Shown here: one piece after another, positions 25,223-35,614 of the stretch
How the letters are laid out: the number at the start of each line of letters is the position of its first letter
Position numbering within the stretch: position 1 is the stretch's first letter
Origin: Takakia lepidozioides
Lineage: Eukaryota > Plantae > Bryophyta
Direction: 5' to 3'
DNA length: 64,000 nucleotides
Assembly: GCA_030704615.1 (NCBI GenBank)
Contig: CM060733.1
Coordinates: 66,030,001-66,094,000 of the forward strand
Translations under genes and position numbers: made by a program
The notes under the pieces: model-generated
The model's input: only the letters and a program-made list of their open reading frames with translations
Told to the model about the DNA's origin: nothing
Databases searched by the model: none

Positions 25223-25942
25223 CTATTCCATTGTGTTCAGATCGACTACACGGACGATGGAATCTTGAAAGAACGGGTCCAGAATGAGGAGTGGCGCTAT
25301 ATTCGTCCAGTCACCATTGCCAGTATCTGGATGGAGATGGCGCACATGAAGATACAAGATATCTATATTGGTGAGGTTCGTGAAAACATGCAGGTATTCC
25401 ATGCCAGGTGGGAGATCCTCAACATCATCGTGGTACTCGCGCACGTCCAACACAAACATGTTCCGGTTCTCCCTCAGTGTCAGCAATATATTCCCGGGCC
25501 CTAAAAAGTGAGTCACCAACTCAACAGCCCGATCAGGTAGGAGGTACTGTGGAGTAGGGTGTAAGCATGGTAGTACGACCTGACGAGCTCCCCACAAAAA
25601 CATCTCATCATGAACAGATGCACACTTTGTCTCCATGGTCTGTCTTGCACACAAGTATCCACTGTTGTCCACTTCCGGGTCTCACCCAACGAGAATCCCA
25701 AAGAACTGCCCGGAAACTCGTCACCATGCGCGTCGGTCCACTGAACTCCAACTCCACCATAATATCTCCCCAGCTCCGGGATTCGCAAATGCGAGGACCT
25801 CAAATTCCACTTCGTCGAATGCAGGTGGCACCATGACATGACTGCATCTTGCAACTTCAGGCGGAAGCGCGATATCGACAAACAACTGGAGGACGAGAGA
25901 GAAGAGAACCATAAATACCCCGACTTCTTTTTTGTATTGCAA
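25223..25942 (-). pseudogene. Orphan ORF3 of the element (frameshifted copy)
   Basis: Near-identical to the open ORF 50153-50872. Confidence 0.55.
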
Positions 25943-26109
25943 TTTCCCCTCTCTTCAACCCACAACGGCCATGCGCACAACGACTATTCTCACCTTCTGT
26001 AAACTTTTTTCAATAAGTCCTGAAACATTTCCACTATGACAGCTTCGTTTTATAGTGTACGGACGGAAAACCGTATTCCGTTTTGTGTGTAACTGAGGAA
26101 GTGATGAAC

Positions 26110-26912
26110 GTAAATGCGTGCCGCATTTCCGTCCGAGCGTCTTTCAGTCAATGCGTCATGACGGAAAATGAATGTAAGTGATAAAACAGTGGAACGAAAA
26201 TGCAGCACTGCATTTCCGTCTGAGGTGTACTTTTCAATCCTCTAGAACGGAAATGCGGCGCCGCATTACCGTCCATTATGTAAGGCAGTAACAGTGGACG
26301 GAAATGCGGCACCGCATTTCGTCCGAGGTCTACCATTCAATCCTCCAGAACGGAAAATCGGCTCCGCATTACCGTCCATTATGTAAGGCATGTAACAGTG
26401 GTGGAATGGAATACGGCACCGCATTTCCGTCCGAGGTCTACCATTCAATCCTCCAGAACAGAAATGCGGCGCCGCATTTCCGTCCAACATGTAAGGCATG
26501 TAACAAGTGCCGCATTTCCGTTCTGCATGTAAGTCATGAAACATTCGAACGGAAATGCGGCGCCGCATTTCCGTTTTGTATCTCAGGCATTAAACCGCAT
26601 TTCCGTTATGGATGTAACTCAACACTAGCTGGAACGGAAATGCGCACCGCATTTCCGTTGTCACTGTAACTCATCAGACGCGTGGGACGGAAATGCCGCA
26701 TTTCCGTCCGTGGGATACAATTTCCAACAGTTGCAACGGAATGCGCCTCAACATTCCCGTACATGCTCATACTGCATGATAAATGAACACATGGGCCAAC
26801 GGAAATGCGGCACCGCATTTCCATGTGGCTCGAGTCCACCCTGAGATTTTTATCCTACATCGGGATGCAAAAGGAAGGCGAGATTGAAGGGTAGTATGCG
26901 GCGCCGCATTTT
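26110..26912. repeat. Palindrome array (about 14 copies)
   Basis: Direct observation; inverted near-copy at 49183-49985. Confidence 0.93.
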
Positions 26913-27264
26913 GATCTCTGCACTCATGCTGGTTGAAGTGGCAGGGCGGCGGGGCTGACCATTGGATAATGATGTTTGTCCGGCAGACTGCACACGTATC
27001 TTGAAGGATTTGAATTTCCTAACGACGCATAGTCCATGAAGAGACACTTCCAGCCCAGCCTTTCGAACCCAAGCGGTGCATCCCCGCCGTTTGATGTAGT
27101 TTTTTGTGGTTGCTATTCACCCCTCTCGCGCCCTTTCCATCTGCACTCTTTGCCCTTTTTCCGTGTTTCTGTTTTTCTTATACTCCAACTTGAGAGGAGG
27201 GAAGTTCCTGCACCAGAGAAGAGACGTCGTCGCAAGCTCCGCAAGTTGTACTTCGGACAGGCCA

Positions 27265-29005
27265 ATGCCGAAGGGGAAAAAGCAAATGCGTCTTCAGGAT
27301 GAGATGGTCATTGCGCAGCAACAGCCAACGCAGCCTCCAGTGAGAGCTCTGTGCTATCGGGATGCGCGCAGCTGATCGAGCACCGAAACCCTCCCTCCTC
27401 TTTTTGGTGCAATTGTTAGACTGTATGTTAGGACACTTGAATGTAGAAAATGTTTGCATGCCTAACTCCAAAGGTGGAGGTGGTGGAGGGATCGCAGGCA
27501 TCCGAAGAGCTGCAAGAAGAAACCGTGGAGATAGCTGCAGCACGCACACCCAGCCAATCGACGAGCACGGGTCTTCCTGTCGGGCCTAGCCCTGTGCGTT
27601 TCAAGGACGCGGTCTGGAAAAGGCAAGCCTTTTGAAGTTGAAAGCACAAGACAAAGACACACGGTTGAAGCTCGTGGACAATCGCCAGTAGGGGTCGTCC
27701 CCTTCTCCAGCAAAGAGCAAGAAGAAGCAACCCGCTTGAAGAGATTTCCGAACCAGACCAGGCCGTCCCCCCCCCCCAAAAGAGAATGAAGTAGAAGGGG
27801 GCAGTGCAGATTCAAATGCAGCAGACACCCTCACCTGCAAAGATTAAGAAGCAGAAGGCAATCAGAGGGAGGGCGGAGCAGTCTTCCGCAAAACCGGTTC
27901 CATGAGTTGAAGCCCAGTTCCTGCATGATTTTGAGACAAATGATGTTGGCGGCGTCTCCGCTGCAGGCAAGGCACCGAAAACGACCGATGTCATCAATCT
28001 CTCAGCGGAGGAGGGTGCTGCTGCTCAACGTTCGCAGCAGGACTTCTCCACCATTCCGGAAGAACTTCAGAATACTGTAGGCCCGGAGGAGGTTTCTGAA
28101 ATGCGACAATTGCCCGCGGACATCCCCAGACTACAGATGCAGTTGGGGATGCTCCATCTGCTCAGCCCCTATCGCCACCTGCAGATATGTCGCTGGAGGA
28201 ATTCCAGACTGCAGCGGATACAATGTTGGAGGAGACACACAGCAATATTGGCAGAGTTCTGGGCAGCAGGGTATTCCAGCGGACACTTCGAATTTCACTC
28301 TGTCGCATGCAGGTCCCCCTCCCCATTGTCAGGCAGGCTCTTCCAGGTGATGTGGATAAGCTGAAGTTCACATTTTGAGAAGGGTATCGTCTAGGTTCTC
28401 TCGCCTTCTACGTTTCCATTGAGAATGAGGACGGCGAAACTCGTGGGCCCATAGCGGAAGAGTTGTCAACATGGGATCCCCACGCACACTTGCAATGACG
28501 AGTTCGAGACAATGCTGAAGGGTGATCCAGACTTCAACCATATGTCGGGCAAAATGTTTTTTGTGTGGGGCGGGAATCACCGACTTCTTGCCTGGTGGAG
28601 TACATCAAGCAGAACCATGCCAAGCAAATTGGCTGGCATTACATGGTGGAGTGTGTCATCCTCAAGGTGAAGGCGGAAGACTCCTCCCTGCTCAAGAATG
28701 CTATGGCGGACCTAAACTCGTAAGATTCTCATCCCCTCCTATGAGAGGTGCGGCATTCCTTTTTCCAAATGTCAGTTTTGTTTCCGCCCTTCAGTGGATT
28801 GAATTGGAGAGTGGGCCTTGCAGGGTCACTGAAAATGCGTACGTGCATACCCATATGGCACATATGCTATACAGGGTGAGGAAAACTGGTCTAACTGACC
28901 CGCACATGTTCGCCAAACTCCTGGATCCCGAGCTCATTCAAAAAGCCATGGCTAAAACAGACCGGACATGGTATCGGCTCACTATGGATGGAATGGTAGA
29001 GGTAG
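27265..29005 (+). pseudogene. ParB-like gene 5' exons (copy B), interrupted by an LTR retrotransposon
   Basis: MPKGKKQMRLQDE; GSRVFQRTLRI; VWGGNHRLLAW; intron GTAAG...TTGCAG; exon VTENAYVHTHMAHMLYRVRKTG...WYRLTMDGMVEV. Confidence 0.78.
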
Positions 29006-29729
29006 TGTCGCGGCCCTTTGCCTTGAGGGCAGGGGGTCGGGACACATGAGGGGCTGCCCCTATGGTGGGGGCAGCGGCAGCGATAGGTATGGGGGGCTGA
29101 AGCAGCACCTTGAGTGCCCAAGGCACTCAAGGAGGAGGCGCTCACTAGGTGGAGCCCCGCACACCGGGTTGCGTGGGGGTGGCTCCACAAGGGGTGGTGG
29201 TAGCTTAGCGGGACTTAGTGGGGTGGCATAGGACTCACCATGGGGGCAGGGACCTCGTGGTGTTAGTTGTGGGGAGTCTTGGGACTCATCACGGTCCATA
29301 GGGGCCGTGGTGAGTGGGTCAAGACTCACCGCGACTCATCACCGGGAGTCGAGGGTTTTCGTGGTGGTTCGCCATAAAATGGCATGGCTGGTTGTGAAAC
29401 CCCCGCGGACAGCTACAGAAGTATATATAGGGAGTAGTAAACCCGAGAACGGTGCAAGCCCATTGGTGACCAAAAACTAGTGAGTAAGCGAGCGAGCCGG
29501 AAAGCGACCAAAGAGTGGGGAGCTGTTCCGGACTGCCAACTACCAAAGGGAATTCCCGCTGGTTCCAAATCGGTGGAGGGTTCTTTGGGAGAACAAAGGG
29601 GGACCGTTATGCCCCGGTGAGCAGCCGAAGCTCCAAGTTGGCCCGGCGGCCAGGTTGGGAGTCAGGCGCGCTCATTAAAGCGAGTAACTATGACTTGAGG
29701 GGGAGCTTACCGAAGTGAGGTGCGCGACA
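29006..29729 (+). repeat. 5' LTR (724 bp)
   Basis: TGTCGCGG...GCGCGACA; TATATATA box near 29422. Confidence 0.93.
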
Positions 29730-29731
29730 CT

Positions 29732-29743
29732 TGGTATCAGAGC
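29732..29743 (+). promoter_or_regulatory. Primer-binding site complementary to tRNA-iMet
   Basis: TGGTATCAGAGC, 2 nt after the LTR. Confidence 0.93.
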
Positions 29744-29960
29744 CTAGAGTTCAGTACGTGATCATCCTTGGGATTGGCCTCATCATGGGGTCGGGCAAGC
29801 CAAAGCGAAAGCGGAATGGCCCAAAAGATGATGATCCTGGTGAGCCCGATGGGGGCGACGTGTCACCGAGGCGGCCGTTTGAGGAAGCGATGCATGTCTC
29901 CGAAAATGAGGCCGCTCAAGAGCGAATCTGAGAGTCGGAGCCCGAGGAATCCCTGAGAGC

Positions 29961-30243
29961 TAGGAAATGCGGTGCCGCATTAGGGTTCGCACGTGCGAAA
30001 TTTATGGGCAGTTTGGTGTTGGTGAATGCCGCATCTACCAGTACCTACGACGTTACTTGGAAATGCGGCGCCGCATTTCCTTGCCGGGGGTCGAATGAGG
30101 AAAGCAAAGTTTGGGAGAGCAGAAAAACAGGAACCCTCCAACACACAAAAATACATGCATGTGGAAACACGGGTGAATGACATAGTATTATCGACGTTCG
30201 AGCAAAACAGGTTACTGGTAGGCAAGACATAAGTCGGACCTTT
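29961..30243 (-). other. About 280-bp fragment of the MULE-like element's 3' region inserted into the retrotransposon gag region
   Basis: Reverse complement of about 19750-20032, including two palindromes. Confidence 0.88.
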
Positions 30244-30321
30244 ATAATAATGCAGAACACTCTGCAATGGGGCTTCCTCCTTTCAAGTGGTCTACGGGAA
30301 AACGCTTCGACCGACCAATAG

Positions 30322-31092
30322 ATGCCTCCCATGCCGGCAGCCTTTTGGGAAGGGTTGTTGGCGCAATTTGGCGGGACGTTGAAAGACGTGTTGAAGGCGG
30401 CTAATGCCACTTCCACTAAGGCAAAATTTAAGGTGAAGCCTAAGGAACCCGGCACCTTCGAGGGCGTCCGAAATCGGAAGGCACTCAACACCTGGCTCCT
30501 GGAGCTAGAGCAATACTTCCGGGCGGCCAAGTTGAGTGACGAGGACCGGGTGGAAGTGGCTCCCATCTATTTGAGGGGCTATGCTCAACAATGGTGGCAG
30601 AAACGCCTTCACGACCGAGGTGTAAGCCCGGAAACCTTGAACTGGAGTGGGTTCAAGGAATTGATGAAGAGACAGTTTGTGCCCCTCAACGCGTCCTGGC
30701 TTGCCCGAGACAAGATGAGGAATTTGAAGCAAACAGATGACATTCAAGGGTATGTCCAGGCTTTCAATGTGCTGTTGCTCGAAGTCGCGGACATGGCAGA
30801 ACCAGAAATGGTCTTCAACTTTGTGGCGAGACTGGCCCCATGGGCCAGGCGGAAGTTGGAGGAGAAGCCACCCAAGACTTTGAACGAGGCAATTGAGAGG
30901 GCTGAATGTTTCTCGGATGTCCCTAGGGGTGAGAGACAAGGCCGTACGGAGCTGAACCACAAGAAGACCCGGCGGGAAGGTGACTCCTTCCGACCGGAAA
31001 AGAAGTGGGATAGGCCACGCGGCGACAATGGCACGTGGAAATCGAAGGGAGGGCCTTCACACGTCAAGGCGGCACCCGGTGCTTCGAAATGA
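30322..31092 (+). CDS. gag: Retrotransposon Gag (partial)
   Basis: KPKEPGTFEGVR..WLLELEQYF..YLRGYAQQWW..LKQTDDIQGYVQAF. Confidence 0.85.
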   Translation: MPPMPAAFWEGLLAQFGGTLKDVLKAANATSTKAKFKVKPKEPGTFEGVRNRKALNTWLLELEQYFRAAKLSDEDRVEVAPIYLRGYAQQWWQKRLHDRGVSPETLNWSGFKELMKRQFVPLNASWLARDKMRNLKQTDDIQGYVQAFNVLLLEVADMAEPEMVFNFVARLAPWARRKLEEKPPKTLNEAIERAECFSDVPRGERQGRTELNHKKTRREGDSFRPEKKWDRPRGDNGTWKSKGGPSHVKAAPGASK

Positions 31093-31319
31093 AACGCGGG
31101 TGGAGCGGCTTATGGCGGACATAAGGCGACCTTTGATGGAGTGTGTTTCAATTGCGGGGAGCCCGGGCACATGGCCAAGAAGTGCACGAAACCACGGAGC
31201 TGTCGGAAGATACCATCAGTCGCTTGGTGGAAGCGGTGGTCGCCAGGACTTGCAAGGTAGGCAACTATTCTTGTGAGTTGTATCAGGAAACTGGGCGCCT
31301 GCGTAAAGGGAGTCAGTTA

Positions 31320-33488
31320 TTGTTCGTGGATGGGATAATATCCGGAACTAACGTGTCGTTGTTGGTGAGGAGCGTCGCACTCCTTCATGACGCCGGCGGC
31401 GGCGCGAAAGTTGGGACTCCCGACAAGTGACGTGGGGGCCTCTATTGAGGTGCGTTCTGCCAAAGGAGAACCACAGTTGGCAACAAGGTTGGCGTTTGAT
31501 GTTCCTCTTCAACTGGGGAGTTGGGAGGGACGTGAGAACTTCACCATCTGCGAGATCGATGGAGTGGATCTCATTTTGGGGATAACCTTTTTGAGCAAAT
31601 CCGGAGTGGTCATAGATGGCCGCAAGAGAGTAGTCACGCTGCCATGTGGGGATGGTGGCGAGGTCTTACGAGTGTCGGAAACGCCCAAATCCGTGGGAGG
31701 GCGAAAACCTTCTGTCAGCAAGGGAGTGGGCCGTGGAGGAGGCACACGAGCCCCAGTTTTGCTTTACATTAGAGAAGTGAAGGGAGAAGGCGATGGGGAG
31801 CCGAGCCCAGATTGGATCAAGGGGATTTTAGAGAAATACCAGGAGGATGTGATGCCGGAGGATTTACCAAGCGGCTTGCCACCGCGAAGAGGAGTTGACC
31901 ACAAGATTGAGGTGATACCGGGATCGGAACCGCCTACCAAGGCACCCTACCGGTTGAGCCACAGGGAGTTGGTCGAGCTGAAGACTCAGCTCAAGGATCT
32001 AATGTCAAAGGGGTACATCCGGCCAAGTAAGTCACCTTACGGGAGCCCCGGTGCTATTCGTAGACAAGAAGGATGGGACGCTGCGGGATGTGTGTCGATT
32101 ACAGGGCTTTGAATAAGGTGACTATTAAAAACTGGTACCCTTTGCCAAGGATCGACGACCTTTTCGACCGGTTGGCAGGAGCGAAGTATTTCAGCCGGAT
32201 CGACTTGCGCTCCGGCTATCATCAAATTCGCGGAAGGAGATGAGGAGAAGACCGCGTACAGGACAAGGTATGGTTCATATGAGTTCTTGGTGATGCCTTT
32301 TGGGCTCACCAATGCACCTGCAACCTTTAGCATGCTGATGAACAGCCTTTTTCAGGAGTGGTTGGATGACTTTGTGATCGTGTACATCGACGACATCTTG
32401 GTGTACTCGAAAACAAAGGAGGAGCACCTGGAGCACCTCAAAAGGGTGTTCCAAAAGTTGCGGGAAGGGAAGCTGTACGCCAAAGCTTCAAAGTGCGAAT
32501 TCGGGGTCACGAAAGTGGAGTTCTTGGGGCATGTGATTACACAGGATGGGATCAAAATGGATGACAGAAAGGTGAGGGCGATCTTGGACTGGGAGCCTCC
32601 GACTTCGGTCCCGGGAGTGCGATCCTTCCTAGGACTCGCCTCCTATTACCGGAAGTATGTGAGAAATTTTGCCAAGATCGCGGGGCCGCTGTCGGACCTT
32701 CTGTGTAAATCCAAAGTCTGGGTATGGAACACATTTTGTGGCCAAGCTTTTGCTGAATTGAAGCAGCGGATGGCGGAAGCTCCAGTCTTGAAAATCCCGG
32801 AGTTCGATCGTCCATTTGAGATTCATACAGATGCGTCGGACTTCGCGATTGGGGGTGTGTACTTATGCAAGATGGACGTCCAGTGGCTTACGAAAGTAAG
32901 AAACTGAACGAAGTGGAGCGACGGTGGCCGACGCACGAGAAAGAGATGAAGGCGGTGGTGCACTGTCTTGAGCTTTGGCGCCACTATGTTGGTTCCAACC
33001 CAGTGAAGGTGTTCACGGACAATGTTACGGTGAAGTATTTTGCCACGCAGCCCAAGTTGTCCCCAAAACAACTTAGGTGACCTGTTGGTGTACATGGGCG
33101 AGACGGCGCTCCAAAGGAAGATCCGGAAGGCTTGCCAGAAGGATGAGCTGGCGAAGTCCATGATGGCAGGGACCACTGCGAGGAGGGTGTTCAATTTCAT
33201 CGCAATTCCCTTGCAAATATGGACTGCTCCTAAAGAGCAAAACGTCTCTACGTGCCAAAGGGAGGATCAGAGATAGTCTCTTGAGAGATGTCATGATAGC
33301 CCGCTTGCGGGCACACGGCGGAGCCAAGCGCACTGCGGCACTCTGAAGAAAGAGTATTTCTGGCCCAAACTGAGGGAGGAGGCAGAGGAGTTTGTCAAAA
33401 AAATGCACCACATGCCAACAAAACCGGAGCGAGTACAAAAAGCAAGCGGGGCTGTTACAACCCTTGCCGATTCCAAAGGGGACTTCGA
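31320..33488 (+). pseudogene. pol: Retrotransposon Pol (protease, RT, RNase H, integrase N-terminus), frameshifted
   Basis: VDLILGITFL; LPPRRGVDHKIE; YIDD at 32383-32394; RSFLGLASYYRKYV; PVAYESKKL. Confidence 0.92.
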
Positions 33489-33528
33489 TTCTCATAGCTT
33501 GTGCTCACGCATGTTGACTGTCTTGCAG

Positions 33529-35614
33529 GTATATGAAATACGTGCTACTTAAGACAGGGGCCTTGGCGCAAGAGCCCCCATTTTTCATGGCTTGGACCGT
33601 GCCAGGACCAAGTTGTGTCTACCTACCAGAGATGCAGAAACAATAGCATGCCGCGCATCTCGTTGGATGCCCGTGGTACCTCGACATGTCTGGCGGACTT
33701 GTTGACGAATCGGAGAAAGATCTGCACGCGAAAGGGGAGGAGAAGAGAAGGAAAGACGTGTCCCTGCTGGGCCTGAGTCGGCAAAGGACACTACTGCTCT
33801 GGAACAATCCAGAAAGCAGCTGAGATGGCACAGAAGACGGTGGATGCAGCTATGCAGGCTCATTAGAAGGGGTCGAAGAAGAGGACTCGCCAGCAAGGAG
33901 CAGCAGTTGTGACACCGAAGAAGACAAAGAAGCAAAAACAGATAGAGCAGGACGAGGGTGACGAAGAGGACAACGATGAAGACTTTACAACCAGCCCACC
34001 CCCCGAAACGCAGCCGAAATCCCCTGTGCCCACCGTTGTCACGAGAGGGACGAGAACAAGCTCAGCCAAAGAAGGCACTCTTCAACCCCCTGGGGGGCAC
34101 CCTTTTGAGCCGGTGGAAATGAAGAGGCCGAAAGTGGAGCCAGAAACTAGTTCAGTGTGTCAATGAGAGTTCTTGGCGGCTCTGGACGGGACGGGCAGCC
34201 AAGTTGGCATAACATCAAGACCATGGAGGGTCTGAAGGGCAGAGCACTGAAGAAGGCGTCTGAAGCAGAGCCTTCCGACACCCCTGGGTTTTTGAAGATG
34301 GTCTCGTTCTTTGAGAAGGTGTGTGTCAGTGAAGGATTGCAGGAGGGAGGAAAAGCCAATCACGTGGTCTTCTTGCGATATGATCATCTTGGATATTCCG
34401 GACGGAGAGCCTATGGAAGGACTGCAAGGTTTGCCATCTTGGAACAGGTACTCCGAGGACTTTTGGAAGAAAGGATTCGGGCTCGCCTGCATGGTGTTTG
34501 ACGACAGAGGCTGTGTGGTTGTCCTGGCGAGCAGAGGCAAAAACACGGAGACAAGAATTGCGAAGTGGACCCGCAAGAGCGTCATCCCAATTTTGAAGAA
34601 GAAGTGGACGTGCATCAACACATTGGGCCTTCGGTCGGAAGGGAAGAAGGTAATAGGACATAGCAATCTTCCTTTCATTTTGTAACCTGTTTTGAAATGC
34701 GGTTGCCGCATTCGATTCTAATCGTTCCTCACTCTGTGTATGCAGACGAAGCAGTTCGATGCATACTGCTTTGTGAAGGAGAAACTCGACCTTTGCTTTC
34801 CGAAGGAAGGATTGTTGTTGACCCGAACTGCGACCCCATCATCGATTACGACTTCATGTTCAACAACATCCCACGGAACTCCTCCCCCTCCCCCATAGTC
34901 TCACTTCAACGGATCCCCTGCGGTATTCACGAACTCGGAGCCCTGCCTTCATCCAGACAATTATGGAGGCATGCACTGACCTAGAGGGCAAAGTGCTGGA
35001 CCTCATCTGTGGAACAGGTATGCAGATTCTTGTACTATGTTGTTATGTGAATTCTCATTCTGTTCAAATTCGCCATGTGTGAAGGGATATTTTTCAATGA
35101 ATGGATGGCATTGTAACAGGTGCCTCAATTTGGGTTGGGCGATTTTCCGACCGGCACCTCTTTGCCTACGAGGAGGACACATCCGTCTGGGGATCCCATC
35201 TGGAAGGGCTTCAACGGAATGTAAAGGCTCCCATCGAAGCCAAAGATTCCTCGGATTCGTCAGAGTCGGAGGAAGAGACAGTGGACATTGATGCCGAGGA
35301 GAACCCGGAATACGAGTGAGTGCAAACATTGTAAGTTTGCAAAGCCTTCTGGGTGATTTTTTGTCAAACGCATTTCCGGACTGTGGTTCTCATTGGTCTC
35401 GTGGGTGATTGTTATGTGCAGGATTCCAGGATTTGGATCGAAACATGTAGGGCCTACACTTCCTGCCAGGACGAATGTCCCGTTCTTTGCGAGGGCCGAC
35501 TTCATGACGAGCCCGGTGAAGGACTACTCCCTTCCTAGTTATGCAGCTAAACTCGCAAATACAGCGATTAGACGATGTGAGAATCCCAGTAAAGTAGAGC
35601 AGATTTTGGAGAAG
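33529..35614 (+). pseudogene. Spliced beta-class amino (N6A/N4C) DNA methyltransferase-like region; probable 3' exons of the ParB-like gene
   Basis: Motif IV-like CDMIILDIPDG (34374-34406); RSPAFIQTIMEACTDLEGKVLDLICGTG (about 34935-35017) splices in phase (intron 35018-35119) to ASIWVGRFSDRHLFAYEED (motifs X-I-II); further GT-AG introns at 34650-34745 and about 35315-35421. Confidence 0.72.

Larger units (their letters stand above)
29006..33488 (+). mobile_element. Ty3/gypsy retrotransposon, 5' portion (5' LTR, PBS, gag, PR, RT, RNase H, start of integrase)
   Basis: LTR 29006-29729; PBS TGGTATCAGAGC; gag, CFNCGEPGHMAKKC knuckle, MPFGLTNAPATF, VYIDDILVYS, IHTDASDFAIG; 3' part missing. Confidence 0.95.

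Noticed and set aside
4542-33488. The two gypsy pieces as halves of one insertion split by inversion
   Set aside because: Flanks do not form a TSD (GGTAG versus TACGT), they sit in different paralogs, their RNase H/integrase parts overlap, and the LTRs differ at many sites
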